Shown: positions 44,333 to 55,218 of the stretch, piece after piece
Layout of the letters: every line of letters begins with the position of its first letter
Position numbering within the stretch: position 1 is the stretch's first letter
IMG/VR virus record: IMGVR_UViG_3300022661_000051
Direction: 5' to 3' (one strand)
DNA: 64,000 bases
Origin: a virus
Lineage: Duplodnaviria; Caudoviricetes
Notes under the pieces: model-generated
What the model saw: only the letters and a program-made list of their open reading frames with translations
What the model was told of the DNA's origin: nothing
Databases searched by the model: none
Position numbers and translations under genes: made by a program

Positions 44333-44375
44333 ATGGAACTTTATAATAAATTTCAAGTAATAAGGAGGACTAATT

Positions 44376-47300
44376 ATGGGATCAGAATTACTTACCAGAC
44401 GTATGGATTTAGTTCATACCAAGCATGTAGACCCAGAAGACAATAGTAAGTCTTTTAACATACTTCGTATGGACACATCATATCCTGTTAAATTAAACGG
44501 ACTTATAATTAAACTTTTTAAAGCTACTAGCAACTTTAGTGCTAAAGATACATCTGGAAATAATCTTCCAGATGATTATATTCTTTTTTCTTTAAGAAAC
44601 GCAGAAGAGTCGGATGAAACTGTAGTTGATATTCCAGCTTCTAATGTATATAGTTTTGACGGTAAGAGATTATCTGATAATGAGTTCAATAACGGTGATT
44701 ACGTTATGACTATTATTGATATTGCTAACCAGTCGATGTTTATTTTTTCTCTCAATAATTCTAATGATGACGGTCTTACAACAAAGCATATGACATACCA
44801 TTGTAATGGTAAAAATGATAACGTTGTTCTTAGAGAAATTGTTAATATACTTGTAGATATGTATGACTATAGTACGGAAGACATTGCTGATACAGACTAC
44901 GACATTGACAACAACTCTCCAGAATTTAATATTAAGATGACAGATACTGAAAGAAGAGAGCATTTATTAAACGAGAAGTTCACTATCAGCATTGTAGGTA
45001 AATGGGGTACCGATTACTCTAATACCACTTTTGTATACGGAGGTTTCAATAGACAGAACAGATCTTCTATCATGTCTATTTCTGGAACTAATAAGGACAG
45101 AGCCTCTGAAATCGAGTACGATGATGATAACTTCGATAATGAAATCGTACTTGATTGGTCAAAGTGTTATGTTCCTAAGATTCGTCGAAATAATAATGAA
45201 ATATATGCAGCACTTTTCAACTGTATTGCATTGAATCCTGAAACTAATGAATGGGAGCAGTACGACTTCTGGACAAAGGAATATGGTAAAGCTCACTTTA
45301 CTGATGAAGAAGGTAATGCTTATGGTAACCTCTTCCCAAGAAGACTTGCTTTCTTATCCATAGATGGAGCTCTTCCATTAAATATCACAATCAAGGGTCT
45401 TACCCTTAGAACTTTCAGCGTAGGTATCTATATCGAATCCGAATCTGATAAGAGAGTTCGCATTGAAGATTGTAAAATTACAATATGCGATGAATCATAT
45501 GTAGATAACGTATCCATTCCTGACGTGGATAGAGGAGATATTAACAGTAATTTCCATTTCTTTTCTAGCGGATACACTCCATTAGGAACAGCTATTGATA
45601 TAAACTCAGCAAGGGCTAAAGTTTGCATTGATAATTGTGATATTAAGAATGGTAAGAAGAATGAGGAAGGTGTAATAAATAGACATTCTAATCTTATCGT
45701 CAATAGTTCTAGTGATACATTGATTACAAGAACTAACGTTAAGGACTTTATAAACATGTCAAATGGCTATAAGAATGCTTATACTACAGTATGCCTCGAT
45801 GCAGAATACTTCCCAGAAATGTATACAATTACATCTGCTTCAGAAACTTTAACAGTATCTTCTAACCCAGAATTTGCTAATTACGATTTTACAAATCCCA
45901 ATGTACAATATTCACTGTTGATGTTTTATTCGTTCCACAACGGATCAAAACTTCCAGATGGTGATCCTGGATATGGTGTTGTTCCTTCAAGAGCGTTCTT
46001 TGGAGAAGATGTTACCCCATATACAAATATTCAGGATTTGACAAGTTATTATAATATCGATCCTATAAATAAGACAATTACGATTAAGAAGATGGGTATT
46101 GTATCTCGACAGCATCCAGATACAGCATCATATACTATTGGAGCTATTAAAAATATTCCAGTATTATATAGATCAAAAATATTCGGATCTTCCGGAAATC
46201 CAGATTCTTATAAATACATAGGAATGAAATATGTTGCAGGAGAATCTCCTACACACGATCAATATATAAACGATGAAATTCATAACAGAACTCTATTTAA
46301 TAGAGAATATGAATTCACTCCTTCATTGAGAATATCCGACTCCACAATTAATTGTGCCGGCATTCTTTATCAAAACTCCGGTCAGGTTATTTTTGATAAT
46401 TGTAAGTTATATTCAAAACTTTATGACCTTTCGTATAATCCAAATCCTATCAATCTTCATTCTGGTACTCTCACTATCTCAAATTGCATAGGACGTTATG
46501 ATACAAGAGATATGAGATATACAACTACAAAATTAGGTTGGCGAGGATATAGTATGAGTCCAGTCGATCCATTATCATTTATTAAGGTTTATCCGACAAT
46601 AAATATATTGAAGGATAATAACTTATTAAATTCATCTGATGGATCACAGGTATATGATTATTTACTTCCAAACGGCGCTTCAATTCCTTTAACGAACGCT
46701 AGACTGAATCTTATAGGAAGTAATATTACATTATTCCCTGATTACCGATTCAATATTCCTAACAACGATTCTGCAAATACCGAAGACGATTCGATATTTG
46801 AAGGTGTAAAGATCTTCTCTAGAGTTCCTTCGGATTCCCCTTCAGGAACTAGAGACTCGAGCCTTGCTCTTAATAATTCTTATATGACATTGAGCTTTAT
46901 CAATGTCCCAAAAAATGTTAAGTATAATAATGAATCGCTTGCTGCTCCGTTCAACACTCGTGATTACTTCAATCCGGTAACAGCTCCTGTTGTTAATATC
47001 GATAGTTGTAATTTCGATGTTGTAAATTCTGGACCTTCCAATGAATTCGCTACATCTCCTGATAATACAGTATGGGCTACAGTAGCAAGAATCGGAAAGA
47101 ATGTATACAACAAATACATCAATAATTCTAATTATTACTCTGGAGTTATTGCTGATTTCGAAACCGAAACTCTCGAGTTTAACGGCAGAGAAGTTCAGGT
47201 TATTAAAAAGTCCGAGTTTAATTATGATAGTTATAAAGACTTTATCAATATCATGAAATACGACATGCCTGAAAATGAAAACAATATTCAGACAATAAGA

Positions 47301-50300
47301 ATTTATAATACTAATGGACATGTAATTTCTCTGTATTCTGAAAAGAAACTTCCAGACTATTATATTGTCAAACTTATAAACTATGAAGAAGCTATATCAG
47401 GATATAGTCCTAGCACAGATCTGACAACGATTATGTATAAAATAGGAATGCCAAATGAATATGGTTTATATCTCAATATTGCAAGACTTAATAATGATTT
47501 ATCATGTGAACTGGACTCATCTACAAATAAGATAATGTATACAAATCCAGAGACAGGCGATCAAATTGTTATGCAGGATGAACATCCATCCGATCATATT
47601 CTCATTTCGAAATTATACGAACACGATATACTCAATAATACACTGTATACTCCTCGAAAGTTTGCACAGCATCTTGAGGGTGCACATGTTGATACTCTTA
47701 ATAGATATAAGAGATTTGGTGTTATAGGATTTGTTCTTAATGATTGCGTTTTTAATATGAGTAATTCATCTGTTGGTGGTCCTCATGGAACTGCTATGAG
47801 AAATGCTTATAATATGGAAACTTTTGTTAGAAGAAGTCCAAGAATAACATTTGAGTTTAGAGGAAACGGTCATTATAATATAAATAATACCAAAGCTCTG
47901 GCTTGGTCTACAGTTTTATGGTCTCAGTTATTCGATGGTCCAACTTCTACTGTAGGTGAAAGTGCAAATTATAAACACATATTCGATTCGACCAATCTTA
48001 TATTGGGAAGAAATGGTGGATGCCATGTTAATAATTGCACATTTATAAATCCTAACAGCGTCAGATTTAAAAATACTCAGGAAGATTGGCTCGATTTCGT
48101 TCCAACAAGAGTAGCAGGTCTGGATGTTAATCAGAATTACAGTATATATGATAAGGGCGAAATTGATTACACTCTTACAGGATCGTCTAAAATAGAACTT
48201 AGACAGAGAAAAACTGTCAATAAACAGAGATTTAGTACCGGCACAAATACTTATAGTTCAACCGGATTTGCAGAATCGGTACAAAACTGTAATGAAATGC
48301 CTATTATTTTTGGTTTCAATTCTAAATTTAATCCTGTTAAGATTAAAGGATCTACTATTATCGGTAACGAAACCGTTATTCTTAATGGAGATATCGAATT
48401 TGATGGTACTACATATATCAACAACAGTAATGGTATGATGGTTTATATAAGTACCAATAAAAGATATACTCGAAACACTATCGAAAATCCGTCGACCCAG
48501 AAAACTCGTCCAGCTGAAGTTGTTATCAGAAACTGCGATATTAGATGTACAAAGGATGTTATGTGGGATAGATATATCGATAGTTATTTCGGTAAAGACT
48601 ATAATACAGAAATGTATTATTATGAAAACTGTGACGACAAAGGTATGAAGAAATATAATAACGCTGTTGCCGTTATTTATATGGAAAATAATATCGATTC
48701 GTTGAAAATGGAGAATAACAGAATCATATTCAAACCTAATTCATTTAGAAGTATGTATGGTATAAATATTGATTCTCCTGTAAATGTGGTTCATGTTCAC
48801 AATTACTATCCAACTAATGTTAGAGATAAAGGAGTCGCTTCGGCTCAGCAGGTTAAGCCATTTATCTTTAAAGATAATGATGTATTTATGGCATTTAACT
48901 GTCCTCATATTCCTAATTCGATTCGTGATAAAGTGCTTCCAAACTCAAATAATATGGCAGTAATTAGTCTTACTGACAATGAAAAGTCGGATTTTGGATC
49001 TCCCGTCAACATTCCAACATCAAAGCCTGTTATTATTAACGGTAACACATTTAATGTATATACATTTATTGATAAAGCTATGTCAGCTTCAAGTGCAACT
49101 TCTCATAGATTAGGAATTATTTACTCTAAACCGTCAAGTGACGGATCTACAGTAAAAGTTCCTAATATGTATTGTCATGTACCATATGAAATACTTTTGG
49201 ATCGTGTAACAAGAACACAAAAGTATACAATAGATACTGGAAATACAAACAGTATTGATATGACATTAGACTATAATTCAATGACCGATGCAGAAATTCT
49301 CGCCGCAGTTGGTGGAGGAACTGTAGTTGGAAATGATGTCGTGAAAGAAACACAGTATCCTCTTATTACTATAGATATGGAGAATATACACTCAGAAATG
49401 TATAGAGCTCCTTATAACGATAATCTTAATCTCCGTGGCGTCACCGATCCTGATCGTGGTGCTAAAATAAGTAAAAAATATCGAGGAAATAGAATAATAT
49501 GTACAATGTCAGGATCTAGTGAATGTACATTTGAGGATTATGAATACAATACAGATAAGAAGAGATATGAAAACATTCAGAGATCATGTGCGGTTGATGT
49601 ATGTAAAGATCTTGACACTGGTATTGTAACTGTTGTAAGAGGAGAAAGAATAAACACATACTTCTTCAATCCTAATTATGACCATCCTCAGATCATTAGA
49701 AACTCTTCTGATCAATCATATAATACTACAGATGAAACTTATGTTGTAGCATCATTCAATATGCCAGTTTTATATACAAACTGTTATACTGCATTGGATA
49801 TGTCCGATAATATCTTTAACTCCAGAACAAATGGTGTTGATGAAACATTTAATATTATACCGGCAGGAGAAAATAAATTAGTATTCGGATCTAATACTAT
49901 ACTTGATATTGAACTGGATTCCAATTCAGACTCTTTCGACATTAATAAAGAATCAATCATTAATATTTGTCGAAATATGTTCTCATCTGCAATTAGTAGA
50001 AATCTTCGAGTTACTATATCACCATCTCCTGTTGAAGTTAACGGTTATGGTATTACTGTAATAACTCCTGATAATATTGCTATGAATGAAATTGATATAC
50101 AGGAAAACAGTATTAAAGTCTTAAATCGAAACAAGTATGATAAGTTGGAATTTGTTAAATACTTGAACAATATGCCACTTAATTCTTACAAATCAACATT
50201 CGGTGAAGAAGTTAATGAAGGACATCTCGTTGATAATCATTTCCACAATATTAAAATATCGACAGATAGCAATAGATGTGTAGGATTAAAGTTTAACGAA

Positions 50301-51827
50301 TATAACGCAACAAATGAAAATCTGGTGGGATTTTCATTATATAGCGAGTCCGATGATGATGATTATCTTAAAAAAGTACGCACGAACGTTAATAAAGATT
50401 TTCCTCTTGTGATAGATTTAAAAAGATATCATATTAATGGAGAAGACATATATTTCAACGTTCTTAATTTGAGTTCAACTGATGACGAATTCTACGTTGC
50501 AGCAAAGACAATAGATTCTAGAAGATCAAGAATCAAGTTAAAGCCTGATATAGAAATCATTAATGGCTCTCCGACAAATAATATCACATATATGGTAAAC
50601 ATTTCTGAATGTTCCCCTTCAACTGCCAAAGGCTTTTATAAGTATTATGTGGATATGGGAACAGGTACGAGAATTGAAGTTGATATCCGCAATAGTACAG
50701 CATTAAATGAAATTGAGACCGATGGAGATGCAATGGTGTATCTCAAAGAAGGTCATGAATTCTTGTTTATAACAAAATCCAATAAGATGTCAACAATGGA
50801 TAACAATTATCTTTTTGGTGATGATATCAGATTGGGAAAAACTAAATTTAAACGAGGAGATGTTTATAAAATAACATCAAAGTTTAATTGTAATACAGAA
50901 GATGCAACTTCAAGCGATGCTTTAGAAGACATTATTGCTCTTCAGGGAATCAATTCTGATGATGACACAATTATCACTCTGGACGGATCTATTCTCGGAA
51001 ATAGAAGCGATAACCACACAATCAATTCTTATACATATGATGTAAGCGCTTTCTCTCCTATCAATTTGCCGATAGATAGAGTAACTTCTCATATTTATAA
51101 AGATTGTGTTGGAGTTGATAAAATAAACGGTAAACCTATGACAGTTGAACAGCTTAAAGAATACATTGAAGAAAACTGTTCTTCCGGTGTATTTCATGCT
51201 GGTTATTTTAGTTGCGCTCTTCCGCTGTATGAGTTATCTTCTGATGCTACTCACGAACAGACATATGGAAGAAAATTTAATATCGTTAAAAAATTTGATA
51301 CTAATTCGAATGAAGATCTTGACGATTCCACATATACCGGAGAGATATATATAAAAGGTACAGAGATGGTTTCCGATAAAGATGGATACTATGTGAAAAT
51401 TGGTATACCGTCCGAACAAATAAAAATCCCTGCTAGTAGTGGTACTAATATTATCACCACTTATTATATTCGTCTTGATCACTTGTGTCAGCAAATGAAT
51501 GCAATGAAGCCATTCTTAAAATATGTAAATGAAAAGACATATTTTTATGAAGCAATAAACTATGCACTTCCTGATGAAGGGTATAATTTACTTCATGACA
51601 CAAATAATCTTAATGTATTTACAATAAGTCATGAACCAAATGTGAATTATCTTAACAATAATGAAGCATATAAAGACATCAAGGCTGAAGGAATTAATAT
51701 TAATTCTAGAGATAATACTTTTATGCTCTCACCTTTCTATGAGAGTGTACCACGCGGAGTTTACAATTTCGACGATATATCACAACTTCTCAGATCCAAC
51801 CTTTCAGACATATATGAATCTATCTAA
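44376..51827 (+). CDS. Very large virion structural protein (tail fibre/baseplate, beta-helix-rich)
   Basis: 2483 aa, N/D/I-rich with many 'I.NC.I' parallel beta-helix-like turns; late promoter 44337-44348. Confidence 0.6.
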   Translation: MGSELLTRRMDLVHTKHVDPEDNSKSFNILRMDTSYPVKLNGLIIKLFKATSNFSAKDTSGNNLPDDYILFSLRNAEESDETVVDIPASNVYSFDGKRLSDNEFNNGDYVMTIIDIANQSMFIFSLNNSNDDGLTTKHMTYHCNGKNDNVVLREIVNILVDMYDYSTEDIADTDYDIDNNSPEFNIKMTDTERREHLLNEKFTISIVGKWGTDYSNTTFVYGGFNRQNRSSIMSISGTNKDRASEIEYDDDNFDNEIVLDWSKCYVPKIRRNNNEIYAALFNCIALNPETNEWEQYDFWTKEYGKAHFTDEEGNAYGNLFPRRLAFLSIDGALPLNITIKGLTLRTFSVGIYIESESDKRVRIEDCKITICDESYVDNVSIPDVDRGDINSNFHFFSSGYTPLGTAIDINSARAKVCIDNCDIKNGKKNEEGVINRHSNLIVNSSSDTLITRTNVKDFINMSNGYKNAYTTVCLDAEYFPEMYTITSASETLTVSSNPEFANYDFTNPNVQYSLLMFYSFHNGSKLPDGDPGYGVVPSRAFFGEDVTPYTNIQDLTSYYNIDPINKTITIKKMGIVSRQHPDTASYTIGAIKNIPVLYRSKIFGSSGNPDSYKYIGMKYVAGESPTHDQYINDEIHNRTLFNREYEFTPSLRISDSTINCAGILYQNSGQVIFDNCKLYSKLYDLSYNPNPINLHSGTLTISNCIGRYDTRDMRYTTTKLGWRGYSMSPVDPLSFIKVYPTINILKDNNLLNSSDGSQVYDYLLPNGASIPLTNARLNLIGSNITLFPDYRFNIPNNDSANTEDDSIFEGVKIFSRVPSDSPSGTRDSSLALNNSYMTLSFINVPKNVKYNNESLAAPFNTRDYFNPVTAPVVNIDSCNFDVVNSGPSNEFATSPDNTVWATVARIGKNVYNKYINNSNYYSGVIADFETETLEFNGREVQVIKKSEFNYDSYKDFINIMKYDMPENENNIQTIRIYNTNGHVISLYSEKKLPDYYIVKLINYEEAISGYSPSTDLTTIMYKIGMPNEYGLYLNIARLNNDLSCELDSSTNKIMYTNPETGDQIVMQDEHPSDHILISKLYEHDILNNTLYTPRKFAQHLEGAHVDTLNRYKRFGVIGFVLNDCVFNMSNSSVGGPHGTAMRNAYNMETFVRRSPRITFEFRGNGHYNINNTKALAWSTVLWSQLFDGPTSTVGESANYKHIFDSTNLILGRNGGCHVNNCTFINPNSVRFKNTQEDWLDFVPTRVAGLDVNQNYSIYDKGEIDYTLTGSSKIELRQRKTVNKQRFSTGTNTYSSTGFAESVQNCNEMPIIFGFNSKFNPVKIKGSTIIGNETVILNGDIEFDGTTYINNSNGMMVYISTNKRYTRNTIENPSTQKTRPAEVVIRNCDIRCTKDVMWDRYIDSYFGKDYNTEMYYYENCDDKGMKKYNNAVAVIYMENNIDSLKMENNRIIFKPNSFRSMYGINIDSPVNVVHVHNYYPTNVRDKGVASAQQVKPFIFKDNDVFMAFNCPHIPNSIRDKVLPNSNNMAVISLTDNEKSDFGSPVNIPTSKPVIINGNTFNVYTFIDKAMSASSATSHRLGIIYSKPSSDGSTVKVPNMYCHVPYEILLDRVTRTQKYTIDTGNTNSIDMTLDYNSMTDAEILAAVGGGTVVGNDVVKETQYPLITIDMENIHSEMYRAPYNDNLNLRGVTDPDRGAKISKKYRGNRIICTMSGSSECTFEDYEYNTDKKRYENIQRSCAVDVCKDLDTGIVTVVRGERINTYFFNPNYDHPQIIRNSSDQSYNTTDETYVVASFNMPVLYTNCYTALDMSDNIFNSRTNGVDETFNIIPAGENKLVFGSNTILDIELDSNSDSFDINKESIINICRNMFSSAISRNLRVTISPSPVEVNGYGITVITPDNIAMNEIDIQENSIKVLNRNKYDKLEFVKYLNNMPLNSYKSTFGEEVNEGHLVDNHFHNIKISTDSNRCVGLKFNEYNATNENLVGFSLYSESDDDDYLKKVRTNVNKDFPLVIDLKRYHINGEDIYFNVLNLSSTDDEFYVAAKTIDSRRSRIKLKPDIEIINGSPTNNITYMVNISECSPSTAKGFYKYYVDMGTGTRIEVDIRNSTALNEIETDGDAMVYLKEGHEFLFITKSNKMSTMDNNYLFGDDIRLGKTKFKRGDVYKITSKFNCNTEDATSSDALEDIIALQGINSDDDTIITLDGSILGNRSDNHTINSYTYDVSAFSPINLPIDRVTSHIYKDCVGVDKINGKPMTVEQLKEYIEENCSSGVFHAGYFSCALPLYELSSDATHEQTYGRKFNIVKKFDTNSNEDLDDSTYTGEIYIKGTEMVSDKDGYYVKIGIPSEQIKIPASSGTNIITTYYIRLDHLCQQMNAMKPFLKYVNEKTYFYEAINYALPDEGYNLLHDTNNLNVFTISHEPNVNYLNNNEAYKDIKAEGININSRDNTFMLSPFYESVPRGVYNFDDISQLLRSNLSDIYESI

Positions 51828-51836
51828 TCAAATAAG

Positions 51837-51863
51837 GATACACTGGGTTAATCCCAGTGTATC
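51837..51863 (+). terminator. Intrinsic terminator
   Basis: GATACACTGGG-ttaat-CCCAGTGTATC + TTTT. Confidence 0.75.
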
Positions 51864-51915
51864 TTTTAACCCTATCAGAACATTTATATAAAATATTTTA
51901 AAGGAGGTAAATGTT

Positions 51916-52824
51916 ATGGCTGTTATTAAATCTTACGCCTATAACGACAAAACCCAGTTAACACCACATTTCAAAATACAGGAATTTCGTTGCAAATGTG
52001 GAGGAACACATACAATTAAGATTAACGACGAACTTGCACCATCACTTGAAATACTTATGAAAGCTATTGGCGCAACCAAAGCTATTCCATCATCTGGACA
52101 TCGCTGTTCTACTCACGACAGAAGAGTTGGCGGATACGGGTCTGGTCCTCATCCGGAAGGAAACGGTGTTGATATTTGTTTCTATAATGGCAACAAGCCA
52201 ATTGACACAAGATATGTAGCATGTATTGCTCAGGATCTTGGTCTCTTTAACGGAATCGCAAATATCAATACGACTCGTACACATATACATCTCGATAAAA
52301 AAGGGACTCGTATATACAAGGGCGATGAAACTGTTTCTTACAACACAGTTACGACAGACTTCTACAAGTATTATGGATTAACAAAGAACGAAGTTTATAA
52401 AGCTCTTGGTATTACAGCAAGCGATATAAATAAGCTCAAAAATGAAATAAATCCTAACATTGTTGCTCCAAATCCAGCAACAGCACCGACCAAGATTACA
52501 TACAAGTTCTCTAACAAGTATAATTCTCAGGTTAAGGCTGTACAGCAGGTACTCGTAAATAAAGGATTTAAGATTGCTGTTGATGGTATCTTCGGCCCTA
52601 AGACTCTTGGAGCTCTTAAGAACTTCAGTATCGAAAAGAACGACAGAGGACCTCTCACACAGCAGGTTCAGAACAGACTTAAGACTCTCGGATTTAAGTC
52701 CGTTGGCCTTGCAGATGGTATTGCAGGTGTAAATACTATGAATGCAATAAAAGAGTTCCAGAAGAAGAATAACCTCGGTCAGGGTTACCTCGGCGGAGAT
52801 GACTGGTACTATCTTTATAAGTAA
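51916..52824 (+). CDS. Endolysin: peptidase M15A domain plus peptidoglycan-binding domains
   Basis: HFKIQEFRCKCG, SGHRC..H...VGG...H..G.GVD, HIHLD; C-terminal VDGIFGPKT and ADGIAG..T..AIK.FQ; late promoter 51879-51890. Confidence 0.9.
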   Translation: MAVIKSYAYNDKTQLTPHFKIQEFRCKCGGTHTIKINDELAPSLEILMKAIGATKAIPSSGHRCSTHDRRVGGYGSGPHPEGNGVDICFYNGNKPIDTRYVACIAQDLGLFNGIANINTTRTHIHLDKKGTRIYKGDETVSYNTVTTDFYKYYGLTKNEVYKALGITASDINKLKNEINPNIVAPNPATAPTKITYKFSNKYNSQVKAVQQVLVNKGFKIAVDGIFGPKTLGALKNFSIEKNDRGPLTQQVQNRLKTLGFKSVGLADGIAGVNTMNAIKEFQKKNNLGQGYLGGDDWYYLYK

Positions 52825-52831
52825 AAAGAAT

Positions 52832-52857
52832 GGGCTCATGGAATTACCCATGAGCCC
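52832..52857 (+). terminator. Hairpin terminator
   Basis: GGGCTCATGG-aattac-CCATGAGCCC. Confidence 0.65.
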
Positions 52858-52921
52858 TTCTATAAGTGTGTATAATCGATAACGAATACGAGTAAAGAAA
52901 ATTAATAGGAGGACATTCAAA

Positions 52922-53347
52922 ATGTCACATTCAGAAGAAGAATACAACATAGAAATTTGTGCCAGATGGCTCAAAAAGAACTTTCCTGAATTGGAAAGTT
53001 TTAAACTTACAACACCATTAAAAGTACGCAATGGATTTTTGAAAGCTCTGAAAATTTTATCTAGGGAAGAACTAGGAAAGAAAGTTATACTGAACAATAA
53101 ATGTGATGTTGATACTTTCTTAGGCCTTGAAGTTGACTATAATGGAGGTCAGAGAAATACGAAAATATACATACTCCAGGGATTACTTCTAATGTCTGGA
53201 TATGATTGCGATTTTTCCGGTTTGTTTGAACGTAATACTAGGCGAGAATTCACCAAGTATTTAAAGGATAAGAATATCCCTCGTGATATTACTTGTCCGT
53301 ATAAAGTTACATCATTTGTTTGGTGTTCATTTTTTGTAAACGAATAA
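52922..53347 (+). CDS. Hypothetical protein with degenerate peptidoglycan-binding-like motif
   Basis: LQGLLLMSGY...SGLF...T pattern; located in the lysis cluster. Confidence 0.55.
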   Translation: MSHSEEEYNIEICARWLKKNFPELESFKLTTPLKVRNGFLKALKILSREELGKKVILNNKCDVDTFLGLEVDYNGGQRNTKIYILQGLLLMSGYDCDFSGLFERNTRREFTKYLKDKNIPRDITCPYKVTSFVWCSFFVNE

Positions 53348-53378
53348 AATACTAATTTTTCTTAAGGAGGAAATAAAA

Positions 53379-54269
53379 ATGACATTTGCAGACATCATTT
53401 CAATCGGCATTATTGCTATTTTTGCAACGATATTATACTGGGCACTTGATAAGTTCGGAGGAAAATCAAACCCTCGTGACGTATTGGCTATCGTAAAGAA
53501 TCTTATCTTTACTGCTGTAGGTGAAGCTAATCAGATCGTTGTTAATGATTTGAAGAGCGAAGATAAATTCGGAGATTATGAAAAGGACAAAGTCTTTGAG
53601 TATGTATTCGATTTTGTTATATCACATACTCCAAAGAGTGTTCAGAAGGTTGTCCGTAAGTATTATGAATCTTTTGAAGATTATGTTTCGCTTGAAATTG
53701 AAAATGCGGTTCTTGCATATAAAGGTTTACCTACAGGCTTTGCTGAATTAATCGAACCTGACAGTATTGATTACAGTGAGTATAAAGATTCAGATGAAGA
53801 TAATGATATTCCTAGCTTTAAAGAAGCTATCGACAGCAATGCAAGTCTCGAAGAGTGTTTTGAAGCTGTAGATCAGTGGCTTAAAGAAGCGGAACAGTAC
53901 GATGTCAATATCGAAGATTGCGCCCCTGTAATTAAAGATGCAGAAGCGTTCAAGAAATGGATGAACAGGGAAAAAGATCCTGAAGTTGAAAAGATCCTTG
54001 CGGAGCTCGATGCTAAGAATGACAGCGCAACAGAAGAAGAAAATGCAGAACTTTCAGATGAAGAACGCATCCATGAGATTTCAATTTCAATGCAGCTTGA
54101 TAATTCCTTCATTAACAATGATAAGGTTTGTGCTAAGGCACAGAAGATGCTTTCTGCTATACGTAATCCTAATAACACAACAGAAGAAGATGCAGAACTT
54201 TCAGAGGATGAGAGCGACGACGATGATGATGGTATTGTCGAAGAAGCTTCAGAACCTTTGGATAAATAA
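53379..54269 (+). CDS. Holin-like protein (LL-H-like N-terminus) with acidic C-terminal extension
   Basis: N-terminal TM helix, AV..A.Q..V..LK...IE.AV pattern; downstream of the endolysin. Confidence 0.6.
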   Translation: MTFADIISIGIIAIFATILYWALDKFGGKSNPRDVLAIVKNLIFTAVGEANQIVVNDLKSEDKFGDYEKDKVFEYVFDFVISHTPKSVQKVVRKYYESFEDYVSLEIENAVLAYKGLPTGFAELIEPDSIDYSEYKDSDEDNDIPSFKEAIDSNASLEECFEAVDQWLKEAEQYDVNIEDCAPVIKDAEAFKKWMNREKDPEVEKILAELDAKNDSATEEENAELSDEERIHEISISMQLDNSFINNDKVCAKAQKMLSAIRNPNNTTEEDAELSEDESDDDDDGIVEEASEPLDK

Positions 54270-54307
54270 GGGAGATTTAAAAATAATACCCTTATCAACA
54301 TTATAAT

Positions 54308-54427
54308 GAAAGTAAAAACTTTCATGTATGTTTGTATTCTAAAAAAGGGTATTGTTGCTTCCTATTTTCCGTTCGTTATTTTTCGCTTATGAGGTAAAGA
54401 GAGTGCATATACGCACTCTCTTTCTTC
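54308..54427 (+). ncRNA. Putative ~120-nt small RNA
   Basis: Promoter AACA-TTATAA-TG (54297-54308), 5' hairpin GAAAG-uaaaaa-CUUUC, pyrimidine-rich middle, terminator 54396-54423. Confidence 0.45.
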
Positions 54428-54474
54428 CCGCTCAAAACTATTTAATAATTGTATTAAAATAGGAGGGTTATAAT

Positions 54475-55197
54475 ATGGAAGATAATAAGAAGCTTATCAT
54501 TGCTGAAAAAGACGTTCCGGATATTATATCGTATTTAGACAACGGTAATCCTACGTTAAGATCGCCAAATTCATCTTATGAAGTTCAACTTCTTCAGTCT
54601 AAAGACTCCTTTTCTGATATAGATAACTACAGTCAGTTTGTACATAACGCTGTATCCCAGTTCAGAAAGCTTGGAGTATATAAAAATTACAAGAATTATC
54701 TTATGAGTATCGGTCTCAATCATTGTCAATATCTTCATAATATAAACAGTGATATGGCTGATATCGAAATGAATCACTGTATTCTTACAATATTTGACGT
54801 TGCTCTTATGATAACAGAGCATCTTATTAATACTTGCGGATATGCATCCACATTCCATGTGGTACATTTACTTCGTGAGGAACATACGAATAATAGAATA
54901 CCCCTCATTATGATGTCAAAGACCGTACATCAATTATATCATAATGATGATTTATTCTACGTTCATCCAAAACAGGTATTTGGTAAATGGGTCGAACTTC
55001 TTTCCAAATACAGATATGGTATAACACCAGAGATATGTGTTAAAATATTATACTATATTAAACGAGCTTACGAAGATGGAGGTTCTAGTGATAATGAACT
55101 TCTCATGCTCGGAAATACAATACAGGATTGGAGTAGTCGTACATACGCATCTGCTATTCAGACATTTGCTCCAACGCAGAACCTGACTCTATTATAA
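54475..55197 (+). CDS. HNH-like fold protein (paralog of 18238-19062)
   Basis: CQYL...IEMNH...TIFD...IPLIMMSKTVHQLYH; late promoter 54436-54447. Confidence 0.55.
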   Translation: MEDNKKLIIAEKDVPDIISYLDNGNPTLRSPNSSYEVQLLQSKDSFSDIDNYSQFVHNAVSQFRKLGVYKNYKNYLMSIGLNHCQYLHNINSDMADIEMNHCILTIFDVALMITEHLINTCGYASTFHVVHLLREEHTNNRIPLIMMSKTVHQLYHNDDLFYVHPKQVFGKWVELLSKYRYGITPEICVKILYYIKRAYEDGGSSDNELLMLGNTIQDWSSRTYASAIQTFAPTQNLTLL

Positions 55198-55218
55198 TAA
55201 TTCTAGGAGGAAAACTAA

